Shown here piece after piece: positions 44,083 to 56,578 of a DNA stretch of 64,000 nucleotides (positions within the stretch are counted from its first letter, which is position 1; the number at the start of each line of letters is the position of its first letter). Where the stretch lies: contig OZ024741.1 of the NCBI GenBank assembly GCA_964016885.1, positions 284,518,001 through 284,582,000 of the forward strand. Reading direction: 5' to 3'. The notes under the pieces were generated by a model. The model did not search any database. It saw nothing but the letters and a program-made list of their open reading frames with translations, and was not told the DNA's origin. This DNA is from Eledone cirrhosa. Its lineage: Eukaryota. Position numbers and translations under genes: made by a program.

Positions 44083-44163
44083 ATCCCGGGTTCAATCGGC
44101 TGTAACCAAAGTAAGTAAGGTACTCAATACATAGCAAAGAATAAATATTTACTATAGAAATGG

Positions 44164-44210
44164 CTTCTACAGGACCAGAACTGTTTCAATCGAAGGAAAT
44201 CATCAGGAAA
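44164..44210 (-). ncRNA. Type I hammerhead ribozyme
   Basis: tttc-CTGATGA-t-ttc-cttc-gat-t-GAAA-cag-ttctggtc-ctg-TA-gaag; stem II has one mismatch. Confidence 0.7.
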
Positions 44211-45237
44211 GACGACTGTCAATGTCTTATAGTGGTATTTAATATTTTCTGGTGGTAAGGGAATTGGTGATTGGGATGGGTGGAGGTCATTGGCTGATGG
44301 ATTTGAAGAATGGGGATTCTTTGAAAAAACTTAGAGAAAAATATACCTAGAGAAAATACAGTGATACAAAAGCAGGTACTCCTAATTTTCAAGGTTCAAT
44401 TATGCTACGCAGACAAAAGGGTTTTCTTTAAGTGGCTGTATTAACATGCTGTGTTAAAGTCTACAAAATGGTCAGGTCTTTACAATCACACACTGACACA
44501 CACGCACACACAAACGCACTCATACACACACACATACACTCACCCACATGTGTACATATACATACATATCTATATATGCACACACATATATATATATATA
44601 TAAAATATATATACACACATATATACATCTGGCTTCTTGTCCTATTTTTTAATTCATATTCATCATTCGCAACAACGCAGCACGCCATTTCTCATTCCTA
44701 TATTTTTTCCCTTCGCTGTGACCTGTCTTTTTCTCTTCCCTTACTGCTTTCCTCTTTCTCCCCCTTCCCTCTCCTTGTACCTCTTACTTTCATTCATCCC
44801 CTCTGCTAGTCACGCTCTCTCGGCTAGCCTCTTCCTCACACTTTCATTCACTCATTCTCTGCTACTCACCCTCTCTCAGTTCATCCCGTCCGTCACCGTG
44901 TGAAATTCTTTTCTCGCTCACATTTCGCATGGCCAAGATGTGTCTTTCGTCTTCTCGTCAATGATTCGCTAGATCTTATGTTCACATGTATCACTGACTT
45001 GTTTTCTAATTTTTCCTCTCTTTCAGTTGTCTCACCATTCTTGTTTGTTTACATGTCTCTCTTTCTCCACCCAATTCTTTTTATCCCAATAACTTATTTT
45101 AGTTATTGTTCGCGCTGGCCTGAGGTATTTGATCTTTAATGCGAAGAAATACCTATGATGGCCAGAAGATAACTGATGATGGATAGTCCTGGCTTCTTGT
45201 TCTATTTTTTAATTCATATATATATATATATATACAT

Positions 45238-45576
45238 ATATCACAGAAAAAAGAGAATCAGTGTTGCGATGAAAGGAATTTATTGGACATATTATAATTG
45301 TTTCTCGAGCGACATATATATATATATATATATATAGGAAAATCTGCTTCGGAGAATCGAGATGTATCCGAGGACCGCGCGATTTCAGAGTCAGGTTTGA
45401 TTACCACATCGATCGTGCCTCGAGCTGGTCGCCCGAGAAACAATTGTAATATGTCCAATAAATTCATTTCGTCGCAACACTGATTCTCTTTTTTCTGTGA
45501 TATCATACTCTGCTCTACGAGGGCATCGCGTGCTCATACGGCCTACCGCTTACGGAAGCTTTAAGCATCCAACACC

Positions 45577-45580
<4 letters not shown>
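45238..45580 (+). mobile_element. PLE-type mini-insertion with inverted partial copy (45238-45313 / 45428-45503)
   Basis: Inverted arms; internal and flanking (TA)n; same family as 60147-60402. Confidence 0.85.
45361..45455 (+). ncRNA. Hammerhead with long stem II insertion
   Basis: gatgtat-CCGAGGA-[62 nt]-GAAA-CAATTG-TA-atatgtc. Confidence 0.65.
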
Positions 45581-45650
<70 letters not shown>

Positions 45651-46011
45651 TTAAGGATACTATTTATGGTTATGTATGAAATAAAGCCTTTTATGGTTAT
45701 ATATTTTTATACAAACCCTAAATAGTGAAAGATAGTCATTAATTACTATCTTATTACCAGTAAGATAAATAGCTCAATGTAGTAACATCTGTTGTTTTAC
45801 AGAGCAGTGGACACGGTATTGGTTGTGCTAACATAATCCTGTGGATGGAGTGTCACCATGAGATAGATTGACGATTAAGTAAGTAATCTCATTATTATGT
45901 GATTATATATTCTATACGAGGAGTACAGTGAATTATGCACAGGTGATACATGAGTTAGGAGTTTCTGTGTTCCTTGATGACCTGATTAGTATCTTTTGAT
46001 GAGAGAACGGG

Positions 46012-46622
46012 TCCCCGGACCACCCTGGTGATATTTGAATTTTACCGGGGATGCAGTCATACAATGACCCGAAACTTACCGGGAGTCTTGTATGATAATA
46101 AGACCATTATTAGTAATAAGACCCTTATTAGTAGTGAAACCCATATAATTCATTTTGAAGTCCGACTCTTCTTATAGATTGTCCGGGTGTGGCACTCTAT
46201 ATTAGATTGTAACCATCATGATATGAACTCCTTTAGTACTTATTAGTAGACTCCACTCTAATTTGTAGATAAGATACCTAATTTAATTTATATATGAGAT
46301 GGGAGTTTATGTATTGCTTGATGGCCAGACTGGTGTCTTTATATGAGAGATTTGATCTCCAGACCACCCTGGAGATATCCAAAAATGCCAGGGATTCAGA
46401 CATACAATGACCCAGAGCTTACCGGGAGTCATATATAATAATAGGACCATGCCAGGTCCTGCGGGTGGAATTACACTTACAAAGAATATTGATTTGTGAG
46501 TCTGACTCTTCTTATAGAATGTTCAGATATGACACCCCTTAATAGAAGGTAATCATCCTGATATATACACCTTTAGTACTTCTTAATAGACAACACTGTA
46601 ACATATAGATAAGTTACATAAT
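46012..46622. repeat. Diverged tandem duplication with about 345-bp period
   Basis: Colinear blocks caccctgg.gatat, catacaatgaccc..cttaccgggagtc, gactcttcttataga, cctttagtactt, tagataag each occur twice. Confidence 0.8.
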
Positions 46623-47391
46623 CTAGAAATTAGTTATAACAGCATATGATAGGCACTTATTTGAAACACCATTAGTGTAATTTAGGATAATAAATTTAAC
46701 TAAGAAAAACAGCTAGTTACTTCCCCTTACGCATTAACTCCCCTTGGTCACACACACACTTCCGGAATATAATATCATCACACAAAACTAAACAACTTGA
46801 TCTATTAATTAAGAATCGACAGGATATGGTTTATAACTTGGTTATATGCTGAACCACCGTGAATTATACGATAGACCCGTGTTCTATATATTGCGTCTCA
46901 TGGATTATGTGAGGGGTGGTGTGCGCAAAGACAGTGGTACTGTTTTGCCTACGATATAATATGTTTTATAATATGTTTGATATTTTTGATATTTTGGTGT
47001 TTCTCTACATTCGGGACTGTATATCATACAGGTGCATGCGAAAAAATCATTTAATAATTCAGCCCACATAATAATATCGATTGCCTGCTTCAACTGCCTG
47101 ACCCTGCAAGTAACAATCTGACGCACTCTAATCCTGTATAAATAAGACACGCGTGCATGCTACAGGTGAGATTGTTTCATACACTGACTCTAAACTTTCC
47201 TCTTGCTTTATCTTCATAAACTGCCAATGCTTTATTTTTATTTTTATTTTTATCCTTTAACCTTTATATGTAAATTGCCATGCTATATCATTTTGATGGA
47301 TGTCATCCCATTGTGGGTCAATATGTGCATATGTTTTTATATGTCTCTTGTGTTGAAAAGGAGGCCAAGTATGTTATAGATCACTTAATAG

Positions 47392-47440
47392 TTGCTCCGA
47401 AGAATCCAAACCTCGGTTTGGGGGAAACAATTGTAAGCAA
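47392..47440 (+). ncRNA. Hammerhead ribozyme, CCGAAGA core variant
   Basis: ttgct-CCGAAGA-a-tccaaacc-tc-ggtttggg-GAAA-CAATTG-TA-agcaa, then aataaa. Confidence 0.75.
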
Positions 47441-47471
47441 ATAAAAGATTTAAACTAAACTTTGATTATTG

Positions 47472-47556
<85 letters not shown>

Positions 47557-47783
47557 TATATAGATATATATACAAGTGGAAGCTCAGTAAAATCGAAGCT
47601 TTGGCTGTGGCCAGGCTAACGACCTGCAATTAGGAATGAGCAGCAAAGCACTCAATAAGGTTGCAGGCCTTAGAGTAATAACATACGTTTAGACAGCTTG
47701 ACAAATTGAAAATTGCGGCAGGTAATCCTAGCCACATAATACCAAAACAACGAAAAAACTAATATATATAAACACAAACACAG

Positions 47784-47886
<103 letters not shown>

Positions 47887-48178
47887 TATATATATGCTTT
47901 TACATACATATACATACATATACACATACACACATATATATATATATATATACACATTCACACACATATACACATACATACACATATATATATACACATT
48001 CTTCTATAGAATATGCATTTGGTATATATCCACAATAAACCAATATATGGCTCTTTCCCTCTCAATATAAACATATGGATGTAAACAAAAGTATACATAC
48101 GTTCATATACAAACCAACTGAGACACACATCCGTACATAAACCCATACACACACACACATATGAATCTATACACAAAC

Positions 48179-48213
<35 letters not shown>

Positions 48214-48748
48214 TGTGTGTGTGTGTATATACACACTCACACACAGACATACACCCATTATATATAAATATATAGCTGGATAATCGGTTTTCCGTTAAGG
48301 AACGGAAGGAAACCACAATTAAAGTTAGGTGTTCAATACATAATTGAGAGGACAATTTTACATAAGTTATGGCGATATAAACATATACTTTTACAGCTAA
48401 TACAGACCAACAAAATACGCAAACTCCACTTTTCCCTTCACAGCTCTGTAGACACACACACACACACATCGTCTTAGCTTCGCACGGACGTATAATAACA
48501 CACACACACGCGCGCGCGCGCGCGCATACGCACACGAACAAGTATAGTTCTTTATACAAAACGTTTTTTTCCATTTCAGGTAGACGCACTCCATCATCCA
48601 CTTTTCTAAAAAAATATATCATACACAAAACACCAACATCAACAGTTTTCCAAGAGATGGCAACATGAATGGACCTGTTATTTTTCTCTAAAAGCATTTT
48701 TCCAATTCCACCCTGCCCACCCCTTCAATCTTCCTAATTTCTCATTCT

Positions 48749-49036
<288 letters not shown>

Positions 49037-49706
49037 TCCAAGCAAGCAGTCACAAGATATAACTTTATTGTACACTGCTAGTGTACTTCTTGATATATAT
49101 CTTAATTAATTATCAACACCATTGCTAATTATATGCAAATCAGTATGTCTATTTCAGAATAATACGAAGAGCGAATGGGTACATATAGCCATCAACTAAA
49201 TAGTTCCTTGTGGTTGATTGGATGATATACTCGCCTTCCGATGAGGATCTAATTAAATATGAAAATTGATTAAACTTGTTTATCATTTTTTCAATTTACG
49301 GGACAATTTGTAATTTCTGGCATGCTTACATGTCTACAATATTAAAATTGTGTTTATTTATATACGCATTGTTGCAGTCTCGGTTACACACTCTGTATCT
49401 ATACAGGTATAACATTATATATATATATATACATCGACAGTCGATCGACTTTCGTCAAATCGGACGAGGAAACAATGTTTACATTAGTATTTTCAATTGC
49501 TAATACTATCTATCGGTCGCAACTCAAGGTAGAAGGAGCAACGTGAAATAAAGTGTCTTGCCCAAGAACATAATGCATTGTGATAGTGTCGTTAGAAGTC
49601 AATGTGGCCATGAAGAACTAGTTTTAGCGATATTAGGAGGTGAATGGTATAGATTTTGTAGTAGGCTCTCATCGCATGTTCCATCCAAAATTGAGCTCAA
49701 GTTACA

Positions 49707-49757
<51 letters not shown>

Positions 49758-49894
49758 ATATATATATACATATAGTCATATATGTATATATATATATATA
49801 TATATATACATATATTATTTGTTTGCTAAAATAATCAGATTGAATTAATTCAACAGTTAAACACACATAGGAATAATAAGGTTGTTATCAAAGA

Positions 49895-50358
49895 GCCAGA
49901 AGATTGACAAGTCGACCCTAAATATTACTAATAGCTCCAGGAAAGACATGGACGACACCACATCTTTTTTACTTTGATTTTGAAAGTAGGCATATAATTA
50001 TCAATGTTCATCATACATTTGTAGCTGTCTCGATGGTCTAGTTGGGGGAATCATAGACGGTGGTGATCCTGGGCTGAAGTTCGATCCTAGTCGGGAGCAG
50101 TAGAGTTCCCGATGAAGCTTTTCAGTTTTTTTTCTATTGGTTGTAAAATAAAAACTGAAAAATGTTTGAACCCAAGGTCAGGATCACCACTATCTCTAGT
50201 ACCTACCGCTAGGCCACAGAGACAACTACGAAAATCTTATGAAAATTCATACTTATAAACCTACTTTCAAAATGTTCAAAACAAAATGTTGTGGTGTCGT
50301 TCATGTCTTTCTTAATGTTATTGCTCCTACTTAAGGTCGACTTCTAAATCATTTGGGC
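49895..50358. mobile_element. Diverged palindromic MITE-like element with tRNA-like segments in both arms
   Basis: aagtcgacc/ggtcgactt, gaaagacatggacgacaccaca/tgtggtgtcgttcatgtctttc, tttgaaagtagg/cctactttcaaa, gtggtgatcctg/caggatcaccac, ttttcagtttt/aaaactgaaaa. Confidence 0.75.
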
Positions 50359-51063
50359 GTTTCGTAAGCTACTTCCTCGTTTTGTTTCTCGTCTATCTAG
50401 ACTACATTTTAACCTGTAATCCATGTTTCATTTCTGTTGCACCTCATTTCCCCCTCCCTCTCTCACTGTGATATTTGAATCTACTATAATTTGGGCTTAC
50501 CTTATTCCTATATATATATGTTTTTGCATATCAGTTAGATTCAAACTTACAATGAGTGGCATTATATATATATATATATAAATATATATATATTTTTTCG
50601 CCGTTTTTTCCTTTTTCTTCCCTTTTTCCGTCTGTTATTTATTTTTTCTTTCTCTCTCTCCTTTTATTCCCAGTAACTTCCTTTAGTTATGGATGCACTG
50701 GAGCTAGATATCTTATCTTTAATGCGTAGAAATATCCATGATCCCCAGCAGACAACTGATGAAGGAAAATTATCCGACGTTCGTGCTTTCCTCTTAATCA
50801 TAAATACACCTTATCCAGCAACTACACATCCCATGATTCTTCTTCTTATATACATATATACAGTGGCGGATTAGATCTAAAATTATAGGTTGCCAGATGA
50901 AGGGAAACCACCTACATATAAAATGCTATCATTTAATTTTTATAATGAATAAACAACATTTACAAAAAATACATACAACAGTGCAATCAAATTTTTGCGG
51001 GAAAATATCTTACCTTTTGCGAAATCCAGAGAGTTTCAATAATGACCTTTGGTCTTTCACACT

Positions 51064-51113
<50 letters not shown>

Positions 51114-51183
51114 GTGCGATAATTCATATCGTACACAATTCATTCTCTAATATTTTTAGAAGTGAAAGGATCACTAATTTCTC

Positions 51184-51265
51184 AACAACTACTGAGGAGC
51201 AGAGAAACGTGAGAACTTCACTTAATAAGTCGCTGCAAAACAGTCTCCAACACTGTCTAGTTGTT
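51184..51265 (+). ncRNA. Type I hammerhead, copy 1 (GAAA changed to AAAA)
   Basis: aacaacta-CTGAGGA-gcag..ctgc-AAAA-cagt-ctccaac-actg-TC-tagttgtt. Confidence 0.75.
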
Positions 51266-51704
51266 ACCAGGCATTTTTGCCCAATATAGATCTGTTATTT
51301 TTCTTAATTTTTCTTAATTTAATATTTAAAGTTAAGGATAACAAACTATATTGCTGTAGTTAGTATTTTTTTACCCTAGCAAATTTTAGTCCTTACGATT
51401 CGAACACATGTATGTTTATATTAGTGTTCATTTCTCTTGTTTATTCAATTATATTGTACGGCTCGGAAAAGCTTTTTTCTTGGAGCTATTTAAGTGTAAG
51501 GGACTACCCTGAGTTCTTAACTCAATATATATTTGTCGGCTCCATCATGTAGAGCTAAATTTTATTGTCCTGTGAGCCAGGCTGCTATTTGTAGCGGCAG
51601 GGAATTTCGAGACAAGCTGGGTTCCGAATGACACGTGCGATAATTCATATCGTACGTAATTCATTCTCTAATATTTTTAGAAGTGAAAGGATCACTAATT
51701 TCTC

Positions 51705-51786
51705 AACAACTACTGAGGAGCAGAGAAACGTGAAAACTTCACTTAATAAGTTGCTGCGAAACAGTCTCCAACACTGTCTAGTTGTT
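51705..51786 (+). ncRNA. Canonical type I hammerhead ribozyme, copy 2
   Basis: aacaacta-CTGAGGA-gcag..ctgc-GAAA-cagt-ctccaac-actg-TC-tagttgtt; all three stems perfectly paired; GUC site at 51776-51778. Confidence 0.92.
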
Positions 51787-51970
51787 ACCAGGCATTTTTG
51801 CTGCCCAATATAGGTCTGTTATTTTTCTTAATTTTTCTTAATTTAATATTTAAAGTTAAGGATAACAAACTATATTGCTGTAGTTAGTATTTTTTTACCC
51901 TAGCAAATTTTAGTCCTTACGATTCGAACACATGTATGCTTATATCAGTGTTCATCTCTCTTGTTTATTC

Positions 51971-52065
<95 letters not shown>

Positions 52066-52274
52066 GATAAATATGTGTGTACATAAATGCATACTACGTG
52101 TGTATATATACGTTTATATACACACACATATACGTACTCATACATACATACCAGTTCACGGCTAAATGCTTTTAACCACCAAGTTAAACAGCTAGGTGTA
52201 TAAAACAGAAATATTGTCAAATAAGTGTTTGGTGGATTGTGTGTGAGAAAGTAAAGGTGTGTGAGGAAGTAAAG

Positions 52275-52377
<103 letters not shown>

Positions 52378-52764
52378 AGAGCTAGTTAAGTTGATTGATA
52401 CAGGATGCCAAATATTCTCAGTGATAAACTGTAGCCCGTTGTATTTTTGAAACACAATGGTAATAAATCATGTGAAATATTGAATCTGTTTGGTGAGATC
52501 TCAGTCACAACAGTATTATCAATTTTACAACAGACTCTTCATAAATTAACCAATCACCCGCCACAACTATATAAAACATAAATATTCACTCACGCACACA
52601 TATCTTAGAAACACCTATTTTTAATATTTATATGTACATATTTATATATATGTATATATGTATATATGTATATATGTATATATATATTCATGCATGTTTC
52701 TATATACATACATACATACATACATACACACACATATATATATATATATAGTAATAATAATAAA

Positions 52765-54445
52765 ATTGAAGACTAAAATCCAAAGAGGGCTCGATAAGGA
52801 AAATATATATCAAATATATAAGAACCGTAGAGCAAATATTTATTAAAATAACAGATTAAAGTTTAAGCAAAGAATCGCTGCTTTCACCCTTAACGGGATC
52901 TTCTGAAACTAACAAAGTCAATCTGTAAACGCAGAACTGGATATTTCAAAAAACGTTGCAACCGGAGGAAGACAGGAAGACGATACTTTGGTTCGTGGTA
53001 ACGTTCGCTGGCAAAGAACGGGAAAAAACGAATAATACGTCATTAATAGGAGCGGTGAAAAACAATTACGCGCAAAGACAGAACCACGTTTATGGTATAA
53101 AAGAGGTCGTAGACTAATGTTCTCTTAGGTGGTGCATAGAGACGTTCTCTGGCAATGAACGAAAAAACGAAGATAATAAGTCAAATGTGGAGCGTGGAGA
53201 AAAATAGCACGCAAAGACAAAATCACGTAAATGGTAAGCAGAAGTCGTAGACTAAAATTCTAACTAGGAGACCAAATGAATCTCCGCTACAGAGTTAAGA
53301 ACAAAGTAAATAAATACAATACAGAAGTAATAGAAACAAATAAATACATACACGCAAACAAATACGTACATACACAAGCATACGCAAAACCTTACCATAG
53401 GTATACAAAACCACGCACATATAAATATGTGTGTGTATGTATGCTTGTGTACAAATAAATAAATAATTATATAAACGTATATAAGTAAATAAATACGTAT
53501 ATAAAAAGCGCACACGCATACCTACATATAAATACACGCATGTTCGGAGACGTAAGTCAACTAAAACAAGAAGTACACATATACACACACCCACCATACG
53601 TACGAACCTGCATACTCACGCAGACGCAAAACTCCCGTATACACATAGCCAAACCCTAAATACCAGAATATGTAAAAATGATACGCCATAACAGTCAAAT
53701 ATACTACGTACGAGAAGGTATACATACCTTCACAAAACATACGGGTAATATATACTTACCTATGCAAATAAGTAATAAACAAAACATATACTTAGCTCCC
53801 ACATCAAGACGTAAAATATCCACGTATAGATCGTGCTATCCGTTAGGGTATAACGTGGGGCTGTAATACAGGAAAGTTTTGTGCAATTTATGTTTACAAG
53901 CCGAAATTGCCTCAGATTTTTTGTTTAAGATGTGGTCTGTGGCGTAGAGTATTTCCAGGGCCTCAGCGGCGCAGAGGTCACATGGTCTTTTATTTCCGTT
54001 ATACGATCTAGCCCTAGCTAGGATCTCCCAGTGTAACTTATATTGGGTGTGGTTGTCTTTTAGACTCCAGATATAAGCTGAAAGTGACGTCATATTCCTT
54101 CTAAGAGGGTAACGAAAAGAATGGGTATGCATGTAAAGACGCTGCTTGAAACTATTGGCGGTTAACCCTATGTAGGCCCTACGGGACGTGGGTGTTACAA
54201 CCTTACATTTGTAGACAATGTTACTAGAGAGGCATTTCCAGGATAGGGGGCAATCAGCCCGATTCCTACAATTACAGTTAGTACTAACTACAGGGTTGCA
54301 CGTGTTCCTACGGCTAGGTAGTTTAGCTAAATTTGAAGCTGTGATGTTATGTGCAAGGTTAGGAGTCGTAGAGTAAGAAATTTTAATAGTATTTCTATTA
54401 AAAATTTTACTATATTTATGTGTAGGGGGAAAATGCATCAGATAA
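52765..54445 (-). mobile_element. 5'-truncated Penelope-like element (Naiad/Chlamys-like GIY-YIG domain) with long 3' UTR
   Basis: ORF 53836-54549: FPPTHKYSKIFNRNTIKISYS, CNCRNRADCPL..KC, NIVYKC..AYIGLT..FKQR, TSLSAYIW, CDLCAAE, LNKKSE..CKH. Confidence 0.92.
52860..52910 (-). ncRNA. Hammerhead motif, CAGAAGA core variant, in the PLE 3' repeat
   Basis: agttt-CAGAAGA-t-ccc-gttaa-ggg-t-GAAA-gca-gcgattctt-tgc-TT-aaact. Confidence 0.75.
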
Positions 54446-54600
54446 AATAAGAAGTGTCTTTTATAAATTTTGACATAACCAAGTGGAATATATATACTCG
54501 TATTATACTCCGGAAAACTTGTAGAGTGCTCTGAATCAGTTATAAACATTTATATTTGTTGAATTACCAACAAATTGAATATCCCTTCTGCTTATATATA

Positions 54601-55350
54601 TATGACCATTTTAACCTATGTTTATAGCTCTGGTATCTTCTTCATATCCATGGAACGCTTGTCTGCACAATATAGAAGTTACGTTTTGCTAATTTCTACC
54701 CGCCGAAATGCGATTCTCGCTAAATTTATATTTGTATTAATCTCCCAAGTCAAGCGATTAACCAGTTAATTTTTTTTGTCTTTTTAGTTAATTCTATTGA
54801 CTGATTAATCGCTTAAGTTTATTTTAAAAAACACCTCGGTCGAGAACTTAATTCGTTTTGTGCGGTTTTTGCAAATTTTTGCAATAACTACACATGCTGA
54901 ATTCACTGGCCAAAATAGGGGTTTTCTCCCCTTAGAATCTCGCATGTGCTTTCATAACCTGCAAGATTCTGGCGCAAGAAGAACAAAAATCTGTTAAGAA
55001 AGCGATGCCTTGTTCGATCATTATACCAAAAACTTATATTTTATAAGCAGACAGAATTATTGATTTAGTTGTTGCAGAAACCCAATTTCGGAGTATTCCA
55101 TCTTCCCCGAGGGTCCGAGTAACTATTTCAATCATATCTCATTTTGATTGACCCGTTTAGCTTGTTCGCTTTTTTTGGCTATGGTGGTTAATGGCTTCTT
55201 AACCATCGTCTCAGCGTGTATGACCATTTTAACTTATGTTTATAGCTCTGGTATCTTCTTCATATCCATGGACCGCTTGTCTGCACAATATAGAAGTTGC
55301 GTTTCGCTAATTTCTACCCGCCGAAATGCGATTCTCGCTAAATTTATATT

Positions 55351-55354
<4 letters not shown>
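54601..55354. repeat. About 135-bp direct repeats (54601-54736, 55219-55354)
   Basis: tatgaccattttaac...gattctcgctaaatttatatttgtat occurs twice with few mismatches. Confidence 0.9.
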
Positions 55355-55392
<38 letters not shown>

Positions 55393-55415
<23 letters not shown>

Positions 55416-56140
55416 TATAAAGTATGTCCATAGAATCATTTGATAATATATATACACCATTTTCTCTCCCAATTAGCATAATTAACCACACAAAAAATCA
55501 ATTAGACCAGGCTATAAGATTAAAAGGCACCTATGAAGAAATAGTAGATAAATAAACGACAGTAATCTCTTCGCGACTAACCGCCATAGAATATTTACCC
55601 AACATTTCAACAGCACGTGGAAATCGATTAAATATACCGTCAACCATACACAATTAGGTATAAAATTAAAGTTAGAAGAAAAAATGCATATACACATACC
55701 AGGATCACGTTTCTACCCTAGGGTTTCGTCGCTTTTGGAAATATCCTATAAAGGATAAAATCTCGAGCTTCGAACTCATTAGGAAACAAACTCATTTGGA
55801 CAAAGGATTTTCTTAAGTGATCTCCGCCAGAAACGAATTCAAAATGGCTAAGAACTGTGACGTGGCAGTGGTCAAGTCAGAAAGAATGTGATTGGTTGCT
55901 TACGGCGAGTGGGCTGGTTGCTAGAAAGCGCAGCCCAATATTGCCCAAATTGCAACTCAACCTTATGGGAGATAATTAAATATAAAGATTTACATATACA
56001 CAAACTAGACAAAGTCACAGATATATATGTTTTGGCAACCATTCACGATGTGGCTCAATGATGAATTAATAAATTAAATAATCAGAGCAATATACTATAA
56101 AGTATGTCCATAGAATCATTTGATAATATATATACACCAT
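55393..56140 (-). mobile_element. PLE-type terminal repeat unit with 48-bp terminal redundancy and HHR (55709-55787)
   Basis: tactataaagtatgtcc...tacaccat at 55393 and 56093; gtttc-CTAATGA-..-GAAA-CCCTAGGG-TA-gaaac. Confidence 0.7.
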
Positions 56141-56432
56141 ATTAAATATATAAATTTAAGAATTTATAAATTTCCGGTTGGTTGATTTGTTCCACAACCG
56201 GGCGGTTGTTCATATATTGTCATAGTTCTTTCGTCACACATTCTTAAATTTATAAATTTAATTCATAATAAATTGGAGTGAAAGCAACTGTTGCGTGTGT
56301 TTCTTATTGGCAACATGACCCTCCCAAAGTATAACAATATCGGTTTCAACGCACGTTTTCAGATAAAGAATCTTGCTAAACAAATTCAGAAACGAAATAT
56401 ATATATATATATTGGTTTTCCCTTGTATATAT

Positions 56433-56578
56433 ATATAGAAAAGGCTTCTACAGGACTAGAACTGTTTCACAATGAAACAGTTCTAGTCCTGTAGAAGCCT
56501 TTTCTATATTAAATATTTATACTCTGCTTTGTATTGAGTACCTTACTTACTGTGGTTAACCTCGATTGAACCCGGGAT
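56433..56578 (+). mobile_element. PLE-type terminal fragment starting with a perfect 37-bp-arm fold-back (56433-56509)
   Basis: Loop caa at 56470-56472, one base before GAAA. Confidence 0.85.

Larger units (their letters stand above)
51112..51978 (+). mobile_element. Retrozyme-like element: two about 345-bp direct repeats (51112-51454, 51633-51978) around a 178-bp core, in (TA)n
   Basis: Repeats differ by a few substitutions and a 3-nt indel; each contains an HHR. Confidence 0.85.

Noticed and set aside
50757-50785. CTGATGA-a-gga..tcc-GA partial hammerhead
   Set aside because: GAAA and stem III are missing.
50861-51060. CAGTGGCGGAT hAT-like terminus
   Set aside because: Single short end with no partner TIR or TSD.
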